Below the pieces are notes generated by a model that made no database searches, was not told the DNA's origin, and worked only from the letters and a program-made list of their open reading frames with translations. Positions 1-9,121 of a DNA stretch of 64,000 nucleotides are shown here, in pieces. Source of the DNA: Candidatus Woesearchaeota archaeon (GTDB lineage Archaea; Nanobdellota; Nanobdellia; Woesearchaeales; GW2011-AR4); contig JACPBQ010000002.1 in NCBI GenBank assembly GCA_016180235.1, positions 2,206-66,205 on the forward strand, read 5' to 3'. The stretch's first letter is position 1; the number at the start of each line of letters is the position of its first letter. Both the position numbers and the translations under genes were made by a program.

Positions 1-2185
1 CTTTCTCGGCTTCCTCATCAACCATATCAAAAGAAGGCCATTTTGAAAGATGTATGCTTTTTGCTTTTTCATATTTTTTGAAATACTGCTGGTATAATTC
101 CTCGGTTATGAAAGGAGTGATAGGCGCCATTAATTTCATTATTGAAAGCAGAGTATGGTATAAAGTATATTGCCCACTTAATTTCCCGTTTTTGCCCCTT
201 TTCTCAACATTGTACACCCTGTCCTTTACAATCTCAAGGTAATTGTCGCAGAACATGTGCCAGAAGAACTTGTCTGCTTCCAGTTTTGTATGGGAGTATT
301 CATAATTCATGAAATTTTCAGTCGATTCTTTGATTAATTTGCTTAATTTTGATAAAATCCAAATATCAATTATCTCAAGTTTTTTCGGCTTTTCAGATTT
401 GTAGTCGGAAAGATGCATAAATGTGAACTTGGAGGCATTCCATATTTTTGTTGCAAACTTAGTCCCTGTAATCAGGTCCTTTTCCTGGAACGGCAGATCA
501 TCCCCTAATCTGCTTCCTGCTGCCCAGAATCTCAAAGCGTCGGCAGAATATTTTTTTATCATCTCCCTGGGATCAACGACATTCCCCTTTGACTTTGACA
601 TTTTCTTGCCGTGAGGATCCAAAGCCCATCCGGAAATCATCGTGCTTTTCCATGGAATGCTTTGATGGTGGAAATAGCTCTTGACAACGGTATTAAAGAG
701 CCAGAAAGTGATAATGTCATGTGCCTGCGGCCTTAAGTCCATCGGCAATAATTTTTTATAAACAGCTTTATCCTTGAATAATTCAATTGCGATATCCGGT
801 GTTAATGAAGAAGTTGCCCATGTGTCCAAGACATCTTTTTCTCCTATAAATTCATTTGAGCCGCATTTGCAGCTTTTTAGCGGCTTATCAGCCAGCGGAT
901 CGACAGGTAATTGTTTCTCTTCCGCAACAATAATCTCATTGCATTTCCTGCAGTACCAAACAGGTATGGGAACTCCAAAATGCCTTTGCCTTGATATATT
1001 CCAGTCCCATTTAAGGCCTTCAATCCAGTTCTCATACCTTGCCCTCATATGGTCCGGGTACCATTTTATCTTCCTGCCATATTTTATGAAATCCGCTTTC
1101 AAATCCAAATATTTTATGAACCACTGGTCTGTATTCAATATCTCAATATCCGTTTCGCACCTTTCATGCACATTGACAACATGGTGTATAGGCTCTATCT
1201 TCTCTATCCTGTTTTCCTCTTCCAAAGCCTTTATTACAGCTTCCCTTGCCTTTTTGACATGCAGGCCTTTGAATTTTCCGGCTTTCTCATTCAAAATTCC
1301 GTCTTTGTTTAAAATCTCTATCGGCTCTATCTTGAGTTCTTCCAGCCATTTTACATCATCCATGTCCCCATAGGTGCAGTGGTAAACAATACCTGAGCCG
1401 AATTCCATGTCAACATCCTTGTTTGCTGTAATTTTGACTTCCCTGTCAGAGAAAGGTATTTTTGCTTTTTTTCCAATTAATTTATTGAACCTTTTGTCAT
1501 CAGGATGTATGTGTATCGCGACGCATGCTGGCAATAGTTCAGGCCTTGTTGTTGCTATCGTTATTTGTTTGCCCACATCTGTGTCAAATTTCATGTAAAC
1601 CAATCTTGAATCTCTCTCACTGTCTTTCATCTCTACCTGGGCTATAGCCGTCTGGCATTCAGGGCACCATACAAAAGGCGCTCTTTTCCTGTAAATCCTG
1701 TCTTTCTTATACAAATCAATAAAGCTTCTTTGGGATATTCTTTGGGAATGCTCGTTGATTGTCGTATAGAATATGCTGTAATCGGCGCTTACTCCGATCC
1801 TTTTCCAGTCATAAACAAAATCCGGCCTTATCTCTTCAAGAGTCTTTAAGCATAGATTTACAAAATCCTTCCTCTCCATTTTCTGTCCCTTGACATTCTT
1901 CATCTTCTCTATCATCCTTTCCGTTGCCAGGCCATTATCATCAGTGCCAAAAGGATAGAATACGTTCTTGCCAATCATTCTCTGGAATCTTGCAACAAAG
2001 TCCTGCTGGGAATAAGAAAAACTATGTCCGAGATGCATCTTCCCGCTTACAGTTGGCGGGGGAGTGTCTATGGAATAAGCCTCCTCTTTGCTGTCAGGAT
2101 TAAATAGATATACTTTCTCCTTCTCCCAGTATTTGAGCCATTTCTCCTCGGATTCATTAGCATTGTAGCGCTTTGGCAGTTCCAT
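1..2185 (-). CDS. valS: Valyl-tRNA synthetase (3' end runs off the window)
   Basis: Manual reverse-strand translation from ATG at 2185: MELPKRYNANESEEKW...SIDTPPPTVSGKMHLGHSFSYSQQDFVARFQRM. Has the HIGH-like HLGH, DWNISRQRHFGVPIPVW and KMSKS motifs. Not in the ORF track because there is no stop in the window. Confidence 0.93.
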   Translation of the reverse strand, partial: MELPKRYNANESEEKWLKYWEKEKVYLFNPDSKEEAYSIDTPPPTVSGKMHLGHSFSYSQQDFVARFQRMIGKNVFYPFGTDDNGLATERMIEKMKNVKGQKMERKDFVNLCLKTLEEIRPDFVYDWKRIGVSADYSIFYTTINEHSQRISQRSFIDLYKKDRIYRKRAPFVWCPECQTAIAQVEMKDSERDSRLVYMKFDTDVGKQITIATTRPELLPACVAIHIHPDDKRFNKLIGKKAKIPFSDREVKITANKDVDMEFGSGIVYHCTYGDMDDVKWLEELKIEPIEILNKDGILNEKAGKFKGLHVKKAREAVIKALEEENRIEKIEPIHHVVNVHERCETDIEILNTDQWFIKYLDLKADFIKYGRKIKWYPDHMRARYENWIEGLKWDWNISRQRHFGVPIPVWYCRKCNEIIVAEEKQLPVDPLADKPLKSCKCGSNEFIGEKDVLDTWATSSLTPDIAIELFKDKAVYKKLLPMDLRPQAHDIITFWLFNTVVKSYFHHQSIPWKSTMISGWALDPHGKKMSKSKGNVVDPREMIKKYSADALRFWAAGSRLGDDLPFQEKDLITGTKFATKIWNASKFTFMHLSDYKSEKPKKLEIIDIWILSKLSKLIKESTENFMNYEYSHTKLEADKFFWHMFCDNYLEIVKDRVYNVEKRGKNGKLSGQYTLYHTLLSIMKLMAPITPFITEELYQQYFKKYEKAKSIHLSKWPSFDMVDEEAEK

Positions 2186-2311
2186 ACCCAAAAAGAAAAG
2201 AAACTTGTTTTTAAATGTTGTGGGGAGCAAAGTTTAAATAGGAGCTTTTTCTTAGGGTATATTAAATGAGGTGTGAAATTTACTCTGTCGATTTAATGTG
2301 GGGTTAAGTTA

Positions 2312-3016
2312 ATGAACTATGCTCAGTCAATAAGAGCAGAAACCAGAGTTCTAGCAAGACAGGATTATGACCCTTTAGATTTGCATGGAAGGATAGAATT
2401 AGTTAATTTGAATCATCTCGCCAGGGGGCCAAATAGTGCCGTTGGTGAAGTGTTAAGGAATAGCCAAAGAGTATTAGTGACAAATGGTCAGCATTTTATA
2501 GGCCAGGTTTGCCTGGTTAGGTTTGATTTAGAGCATAGAATAAGGCACAATCCTGATGTGGAGATACTGCATGGGGAAGATGAAGCAATATTTTTTGGAC
2601 AGGGGCATTCAGATGATTATTTGTATCCCTTAAAAGCAAACTTCATTTCTACTGAAATGCCCTGGGGATTTGAAGAAAGGATTAAAGGAGGCTTAAGTCC
2701 AGAGGAATTTATTTTATATGGCCGTATGAAACCTGGACCCATTCCATCTTTTGAGGCAATTAATCGTCACTATGATCCGGGTAAAATTGGGGTATTCGTC
2801 TATATTCGTGGAAATGGTGAAAATCGACAAATATATATTGTAAGCATAGACGAAGTTATACCAGTTGCCACTTACGTTGCTATATCCGATCTATTACCAA
2901 GACCTCACAGAAGATCGAGGTTGGTGGTAGTAGACTCAAAGAAGGGTATAAAAGCCCTGCGAGAAGAAATTATAGATAAAGATATAGTTCCTGTTCGAAT
3001 GGAGCCACTCTTATAA
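2312..3016 (+). CDS. Hypothetical protein
   Basis: 234-aa ORF filling the gap between valS and RFC; no family recognised. Confidence 0.6.
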   Translation: MNYAQSIRAETRVLARQDYDPLDLHGRIELVNLNHLARGPNSAVGEVLRNSQRVLVTNGQHFIGQVCLVRFDLEHRIRHNPDVEILHGEDEAIFFGQGHSDDYLYPLKANFISTEMPWGFEERIKGGLSPEEFILYGRMKPGPIPSFEAINRHYDPGKIGVFVYIRGNGENRQIYIVSIDEVIPVATYVAISDLLPRPHRRSRLVVVDSKKGIKALREEIIDKDIVPVRMEPLL

Positions 3017-3064
3017 ATTCTCCAACCCAAAACACATAAATACTCAAAAAATATTCTTTCTTTT

Positions 3065-4273
3065 ATGCACCCTTTCACTTTCAAATACCAGCCAAAGACC
3101 TCAAAGGAGATAATAGGCCAGGAATCGGCAATAAAAAAACTAAGGGATTTTGTAATTAATTTCAAGAAGCAGAAAAAGAATGCAGCATTATTATACGGCC
3201 CTTCCGGAACCGGAAAAACAATAAGTGCCTATGCAATTGCTAAGGAACTGAACCTGGAAATTCTTGAAGTCAATGCCAGCGACGTTCGTAATGCCGACCA
3301 GATAAACTCTTTATTGGGCTCAGCAATAGGCCAGATGAGCCTGTTCTCAAAAGGAAAGCTGATTTTAGTGGATGAGATTGACGGCCTGTCAGGCACAAAA
3401 GACAGAGGCGGCTTGCAGGCAATTGCAAAATTAATAGAAAAATCATCATTCCCGATAGTGTTGACAGCAACAAACCCATGGGACTACAAGTTCAATAATT
3501 TAAGGAGAAGGGCTGAGATGATAGAATTTGCCCCATTGGACTACAAGGACATTTCCATTATCCTGAAAAGTATCTGCATCAATGAAAAGATAAAATTTGA
3601 AGAGGAAGTCCTTAAGGGCCTGGCCAGGAGGGCTGGAAATGATGCACGGGCAGCTATAAACGACCTGCAGACACTGGCAATGGAAGCAAAAGAACTGACA
3701 AAAGAAAGCCTTGAGGAATTGGGGGAAAGGAACAAATTGGAAAGCATGCCAAATGCCCTCGCCAAGATATTCAAGAGCACAGACCCGAAAGTTGCAATAG
3801 TTGCATTTGACGCTGTCGAGGAAAACCTTGATCAGCAATTGCTGTGGATTGATGAAAACCTGCCTAAGGAATACACAAATCCTGAAGATTTGGCAAAAGC
3901 ATATGACAAGTTAAGCAAGGCTGATATGTTTAGCAGAAGGATAAGAAGATGGCAGCACTGGCGTTTTCTTGTATACATAAACGCATTAATCACAGCAGGA
4001 ATTGCCGTTTCCAAAAAGGAAAAATATAAACACTATGTGCAGTATAAGCCAACAGGAAAGCTGCTAAAATTATGGTGGGCAAAGCAAAAATCAATGAAGA
4101 AAAAGGCCATTGCCGAAAAAATCGCTGAAAAAACGCACACATCAAAGAAAGAAGCCTTGAAAAGCACATTGCCATACCTGCAGGCTGCATTTAAAAAAAA
4201 CAGGGATTTCAGGGAGCAATTAACATTAGAATTGGATTTGAGCAGGGAAGAGGCTGAATGGCTGAGAAAATAA
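3065..4273 (+). CDS. rfcL: Replication factor C large subunit
   Basis: KYQPK N-terminus, Walker A GPSGTGKT, EVNASD, Walker B LVDEID, DARAAINDLQ, long RFC-L C-terminal domain. Confidence 0.93.
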   Translation: MHPFTFKYQPKTSKEIIGQESAIKKLRDFVINFKKQKKNAALLYGPSGTGKTISAYAIAKELNLEILEVNASDVRNADQINSLLGSAIGQMSLFSKGKLILVDEIDGLSGTKDRGGLQAIAKLIEKSSFPIVLTATNPWDYKFNNLRRRAEMIEFAPLDYKDISIILKSICINEKIKFEEEVLKGLARRAGNDARAAINDLQTLAMEAKELTKESLEELGERNKLESMPNALAKIFKSTDPKVAIVAFDAVEENLDQQLLWIDENLPKEYTNPEDLAKAYDKLSKADMFSRRIRRWQHWRFLVYINALITAGIAVSKKEKYKHYVQYKPTGKLLKLWWAKQKSMKKKAIAEKIAEKTHTSKKEALKSTLPYLQAAFKKNRDFREQLTLELDLSREEAEWLRK

Positions 4274-4342
4274 CTTGCATAAAGTTACTACAAACTGATA
4301 ATTATTTTTCTCATTAAAACAACAATTTTCCATATCTTTGTC

Positions 4343-4392
4343 TCGGGATGCCGCAGGCATCCCAATACGCTAGTGTGCAGGCATGCACAAAA
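4343..4392. repeat. 50-nt two-hairpin intergenic element, copy 1
   Basis: GGGATGCC-GCA-GGCATCCC, a linker, then TGTGCA-GGCA-TGCACA; 48/50 identical to 43401-43450. Confidence 0.85.
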
Positions 4393-4432
4393 AACAACAA
4401 ATTTTATAAAATACCGATTAATCTATTACCGC

Positions 4433-5923
4433 ATGGAAAAATTAAGCATAGAGGACATGGCTGTTTTCTGCAAGAGGAAAGGTTTTGTCTATCCTTCCAG
4501 CGAGATATACGGCGGTTTTTCAGGATTCTGGGATTTTGGCCATTTGGGTGTTGAATTAAAGAACAACATAAAGGCAGAATGGTGGAGATACCATGTCCAG
4601 CAAAGAGAGGATATTGTCGGCATAGATGGCTCTATAATTACCCATCCGAAAGTGTGGCAGGCCAGCGGCCATGTCGAGAATTTTGAGGATATAATGCTGA
4701 AATGCTCAAAATGCAGGCAGGAAATAAGGGCAGACCATTTTATTGAGGAAAAATTAAAAACAAATGCAGAAGGCTCGAAGGTAAATGAAATAAACGATAT
4801 TATCAAAAAAAACAAATTGAAATGCCCAAGATGCAATTCCGATTTTGAAAAGATAGAGCAGTTCAATTTGATGCTTAAGACAAGCATTGGCCCGAAAGAG
4901 GACAAAAGCTCAGTATCCTACCTGAGGCCGGAGACAGCGCAATTGATATTTGCTGATTTCAAGCTGGTTGCTGATAATGCAAGATTAAAGCTTCCTTTTG
5001 GAATTGCACAAATCGGGAAAGGCTTCAGGAATGAAATAAGCCCAAGGGATTTTCTTTTCCGCTGCAGGGAATTTGAGATGATGGAAATAGAGTATTTTGC
5101 CCATCCGGAAAAAACCGATAAGTGCCCTTTCATAGACGAAATAAATGATGAAGAATTAAATTTCCTCACTGCAGAAATGCAGGAGAAAAAGCAAAATCCT
5201 ATAAGGATGAAAATAAAGGATGCATTGAAGAAAAAAATAATTTCGGAATGGCACGCTTACTGGCTGGCAACAGAGCAGAAATGGTTTGTAAATTTAGGGG
5301 CAAAGCAGGAAAACTTCAGGGTAAGGCAGCATCTGAAAAAAGAAAAAAGCCATTATGCCGTTGACACATGGGATTTAGAGTATAACTTCCCTTTCGGCTG
5401 GAAAGAGCTGCAGGGAATAGCTAACAGGGCTGATTTTGACCTGCAGCAGCACATGAAATTCTCAGGCAGTGATTTAAGCCTGTTTGACGAAGAAACAAAG
5501 AAAAAAATTGTTCCGCATGTTATAGCAGAGCCTTCCCAGGGAGTTGAAAGGGCTTTCCTTGTTTTTATGTTCGATGCCTACAATGATGACAAGAAAAGAG
5601 GGAATGTTGTCTTAAAATTGAACCCAAAACTTGCTCCAATAAAACTGGGGATATTCCCGTTGGTGAATAAATTAGATGATGAGGCAAAAAAAATATATGA
5701 TGCCTTAAAAAAAGATTTTAACTGCATTTTTGACAAATCGGGAAGCATTGGAAGAAGGTATGCAAGGGCCGATGAGACAGGAATTCCTTTTTGTATCACA
5801 ATTGATTTTGATACTCTGAAGGACAAGGCTGTTACAGTAAGGAATCGCGATGATACAAAGCAGGTAAGGGTAAAAATACAGGATTTAAATGAGACCATCT
5901 CCAAATTAATAAATAATCCATAA
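4433..5923 (+). CDS. glyS: Glycyl-tRNA synthetase (alpha2 type)
   Basis: SEIYGG, YLRPETAQ, FRNEISPR, SIGRRYARADE motifs. Start moved to ATG 4433 because the track's upstream extension is repeat-derived. Confidence 0.95.
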   Translation: MEKLSIEDMAVFCKRKGFVYPSSEIYGGFSGFWDFGHLGVELKNNIKAEWWRYHVQQREDIVGIDGSIITHPKVWQASGHVENFEDIMLKCSKCRQEIRADHFIEEKLKTNAEGSKVNEINDIIKKNKLKCPRCNSDFEKIEQFNLMLKTSIGPKEDKSSVSYLRPETAQLIFADFKLVADNARLKLPFGIAQIGKGFRNEISPRDFLFRCREFEMMEIEYFAHPEKTDKCPFIDEINDEELNFLTAEMQEKKQNPIRMKIKDALKKKIISEWHAYWLATEQKWFVNLGAKQENFRVRQHLKKEKSHYAVDTWDLEYNFPFGWKELQGIANRADFDLQQHMKFSGSDLSLFDEETKKKIVPHVIAEPSQGVERAFLVFMFDAYNDDKKRGNVVLKLNPKLAPIKLGIFPLVNKLDDEAKKIYDALKKDFNCIFDKSGSIGRRYARADETGIPFCITIDFDTLKDKAVTVRNRDDTKQVRVKIQDLNETISKLINNP

Positions 5924-5955
5924 ATTTTATATATCCTTCTTACTCTCTTGAAGAT

Positions 5956-6393
5956 ATGCAGGTAAAAGACTTAAAGCCGAGGCAGGGAAAGGTTGACATA
6001 GAGCTCGACATAGTTGATATGGGCGAAGTAAGGGAATTTGAGAAATTCGGAAAAGCAGGAAGGGTGGCAAACGCAATAGCAAAAGACGAGACAGGAGACA
6101 TTAAGCTGACTTTATGGAATGATGATATTGAAAAGATAAAATCAGGGGATAAGATAAAAATCACAAATGGCTATGTTTCCGAGTGGCAAGGGGAAATGCA
6201 GCTTTCAACAGGCAAATTCGGGACTATGGAAGTACTAGGGGAAAGCAAGGAAGCAAAAGAAGAAGCTACAAGCCCTCCAAATGAAAAAGAGGGCAAAAAA
6301 GCCTACCGGGAATCAGAAGAGAACTTTAAGAAAATAGAGGAAAAGCTTGAAGAAGAGCCTGACTTTGATGAGGAAGAAGTCAAGGACGAGTAA
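5956..6393 (+). CDS. Single-stranded DNA-binding protein (single OB fold, acidic tail)
   Basis: GRVANAIAKDETGDIKLTLW is an archaeal SSB/RPA OB-fold motif; acidic C-terminus. Confidence 0.85.
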   Translation: MQVKDLKPRQGKVDIELDIVDMGEVREFEKFGKAGRVANAIAKDETGDIKLTLWNDDIEKIKSGDKIKITNGYVSEWQGEMQLSTGKFGTMEVLGESKEAKEEATSPPNEKEGKKAYRESEENFKKIEEKLEEEPDFDEEEVKDE

Positions 6394-6448
6394 GCGAAAG
6401 TAATTTAAATCAATTCTTTTTCTGAAATTAATGTCTGAGCAAAATTTA

Positions 6449-6661
6449 GGGATTTGATAAGCGCATGTTTTATCAGACTAAAAACCGTAGCTCAGACTGA
6501 GAAGACTGAGGTCTTCGGCTAAGGAGAGCATTTCAAAAATCTCAAACTACGCTGAAGACGTAGGTGATTGGTACAGGTATACTGGCCAACTTAAATCCTG
6601 GGTTCAAATATCCCAGAGGGCCATTAAAATCCCTCAGGATTTGAAATTCCCAGCGGTCCCA
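6449..6661 (+). tRNA. tRNA-Phe(GAA) with five BHB introns
   Basis: Exons 6449-6451, 6484-6499, 6523-6529, 6546-6566, 6596-6608 and 6648-6661 join into a 74-nt cloverleaf: GGGACCG TA GCTC AGACTGGGA GAGC A CTACG CTGAAGA CGTAG GTGTC CTGGG TTCAAAT CCCAG CGGTCCC A. All four stems are perfect. Confidence 0.9.
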
Positions 6662-6668
6662 CTTTTTT

Positions 6669-8840
6669 CTATGCCCCTAAAGAGCTTGTCAGTATCTGCC
6701 CTGCAATTATATTAAATAATAGCATTACAATAAGGCTTATTATGCAGTAAAGCACTGTGCTTCTTATCATGTTATTTCCAAGCGAATATTTTTCATTCAG
6801 CTTGTCAGAGCCGTTCTCAATGCCGTTGACAAGTATTGTCAGGATATAAGTTATCTGCACAACATACAACCCTACAATTATCTGGAAATAATATGTCGGT
6901 ATTCCTTCTCCAAAAATCGCCATCAGGCCTGCTCCCTGGGCTGCAGAAGATCCGGCTGTAACATCCTGCAGCTGTGAGCCGAGCTTTCCAAGGATTGTGG
7001 TTACCATCGAAGTTATCCCTATGACAATTCCGGCTATTGCCGGTGTCAAAAATTTTATCTGGGAATTCATTGAAGAGATTATGTCTGCCAATAAATCCTG
7101 CAGCCTTTCATTCACGCTGTGTATTTCCTTTATGTACCTTGAGACGTTTGTCAGGGCCTGGGCTGCGATTACTGGCCCTTTTTTTACCGATTGGACAAGG
7201 ACCTTCATCGAGCTTTCTATGAGGTTTGACGGAAAACTTATCAAAGCCCCGTGCGCAGGGTCAAATATTGCCTGCTTTATCCCCATCCCGAGTTTTTTTA
7301 TGTTAGCGCTCACAAGGCTGAAAAAATTTCCCGAGACCGTGCCTTCCATCATGTTTGCGACCTTGTCGAATGCTATCTCTGCAGGAAGCCCGTCTCCCAG
7401 CCTGTTTCCGAGCTGGAACAATGCGGATGCAAATTCCATCTCCAGTTTTTTCGCCCTCTCCCTTATCTTTATGATGTTCTTTGACCTTAGCCTGTAGAAT
7501 ATGCCTATTCCCAGTCCTAAAGATAATGTCACCAGCAGGCTTAATATAGCCGCGCCAAGGCCGTAAGGCCCCTCTGTCTCTCCTGTTGTAGCGCTTTCCC
7601 TGTATTCAAGCAGGCAGAATTTCTTGAGGCATGGGCTTAATGCGTCTTCAGCGCCAAAGCCGATGTCTGTAAAATTGATGCTGTGCAGCAGTACAGGGCT
7701 TAATCCTATTATGAGCAGCAAAGCGCCTATAAATATGCTGAACACAAGGGGATTTATCAGGAATTCTATTTTTCCAAGTTTTATTATGACGTTCCTGTAT
7801 TTTTTGAGCTCTGGGTTTTCCTCAGAAATATCCGTCTGGCCGTATCCTGTCGGCCTCCTGGATAATACCGCTTTCCCGAGGTAATATACGGCAACAGGCA
7901 AAGCAACATTGTACAGTGCAGCTATATGGTACCATGCCACTCCTTCCATAAAGCTGACAACCAAGGGCAGTATGACCAGGCCAAGAATCGGCAAAATGAT
8001 GCCAAGCATGTGCAGCATCGTTATTGGGCTTTGGAGATTATGGGCATAATGCAGCATCTTCTCGTAAGTCTCGTCCAGTATGACGTCCAATGACTTGTCC
8101 AATGCATTCAGCCTTCTTTCCTCGCTTCCCTCGTACAATGAAGATTCAATAAGGTGGAAAGATTCTATGAACTCGAAATTCCATCTCTTCCATGTTTCCA
8201 GGTATATGTCAAGGCTTTCCTTTATGCTGTCGTATTTTTCTGTCTCGACGTCCCAGAGCACTTTCTTGAGGTCAAGGCTCAGCGGAGGCGCAAGATGGTC
8301 TGCCGCAAACTCAATTGCATTTTCCAGGTTGCTCGTATGCCTCATGTATGTTACCACATAAAATACGCAAAGCACCATCTGGTTGCTTGCCTTTAGCCGC
8401 CAGTTGTTTGCAATATAGTCCGGAAGCTTTGCAAAAGGCTTTATCAGGGAGATTCCTATTATGAAAAAGAAAAGAATGAAAAACACAGACTGCAGCAAAA
8501 GGAAGGAAAGCAGCGATCCAAGTAATATTATGAAGATCGGGGCCAAGATTGAAAAGGAGACCGCTCCTGAAGGGGTTATATCAAGATGGGATATGCTTAT
8601 GTTATCCAGCATATCCTCCTCTTTTTTCTTATCCGGCTTTATCTTCAGTATCTTCTCGCTCAGGCCGCATAGCTTCTCGTATATCGTAAAGTGCTTTGGC
8701 ATGTATTCCTGCCTGAATTCCCGGTATTCCCTGGAGGTGATTTTAGGGGAATAAGTCTTTGCGCCCAGCTCTTTCTCTATCTGCTGCCTGTAGAACTCTG
8801 CCAAGTTCTTCATCCTTTCCTTGTCGCTTTGCGTCGGCAT
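6669..8840 (-). CDS. Type II secretion F / TadC / FlaJ-like membrane platform protein
   Basis: 723 aa, multiple TM segments, two T2SSF-like helical domains; directly downstream of a secretion ATPase. Confidence 0.75.
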   Translation of the reverse strand: MPTQSDKERMKNLAEFYRQQIEKELGAKTYSPKITSREYREFRQEYMPKHFTIYEKLCGLSEKILKIKPDKKKEEDMLDNISISHLDITPSGAVSFSILAPIFIILLGSLLSFLLLQSVFFILFFFIIGISLIKPFAKLPDYIANNWRLKASNQMVLCVFYVVTYMRHTSNLENAIEFAADHLAPPLSLDLKKVLWDVETEKYDSIKESLDIYLETWKRWNFEFIESFHLIESSLYEGSEERRLNALDKSLDVILDETYEKMLHYAHNLQSPITMLHMLGIILPILGLVILPLVVSFMEGVAWYHIAALYNVALPVAVYYLGKAVLSRRPTGYGQTDISEENPELKKYRNVIIKLGKIEFLINPLVFSIFIGALLLIIGLSPVLLHSINFTDIGFGAEDALSPCLKKFCLLEYRESATTGETEGPYGLGAAILSLLVTLSLGLGIGIFYRLRSKNIIKIRERAKKLEMEFASALFQLGNRLGDGLPAEIAFDKVANMMEGTVSGNFFSLVSANIKKLGMGIKQAIFDPAHGALISFPSNLIESSMKVLVQSVKKGPVIAAQALTNVSRYIKEIHSVNERLQDLLADIISSMNSQIKFLTPAIAGIVIGITSMVTTILGKLGSQLQDVTAGSSAAQGAGLMAIFGEGIPTYYFQIIVGLYVVQITYILTILVNGIENGSDKLNEKYSLGNNMIRSTVLYCIISLIVMLLFNIIAGQILTSSLGA

Positions 8841-8913
8841 CTGTAGAACTGTTCACCTCTTTTTTTAAGTCATATTTATATAATAATAAACCAATAATCA
8901 TTCCTTTATTATC

Positions 8914-9072
8914 TAGGCGCCGCCAATACCGCGGCGCATCATTGCACTGGACATTTGCGCAATCGCCCCATTACGGGCGATTATTGATGTGTTGCAGTGA
9001 TTGCCGCGCAACAATGGCGCGGCTAGGAAAGTTACGTACCAATGATGCGAGGCCGTAATGCGCCGAGCCTAT
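8914..9072. repeat. ~160-bp GC-rich palindromic (MITE/REP-like) element
   Basis: Imperfect terminal inverted repeats (TAGGC...GCATCATTG and CAATGATGC...GCCTA), internal hairpin AATCGCCC-CATTAC-GGGCGATT; 9004-9072 recurs inverted at 15762-15830. Confidence 0.75.
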
Positions 9073-9121
9073 TTTTCTGGGAATTATTTTCCGATTAGTC
9101 AAAATTAAATTCATCTTGCTT

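Noticed and set aside
54..1598. Plus-strand ORFs of 62-199 aa
   Set aside because: Antisense shadows of valS.
8759..9058. 99-aa ORF
   Set aside because: Reads through the palindromic element and antisense to the TadC-like start; no protein features.
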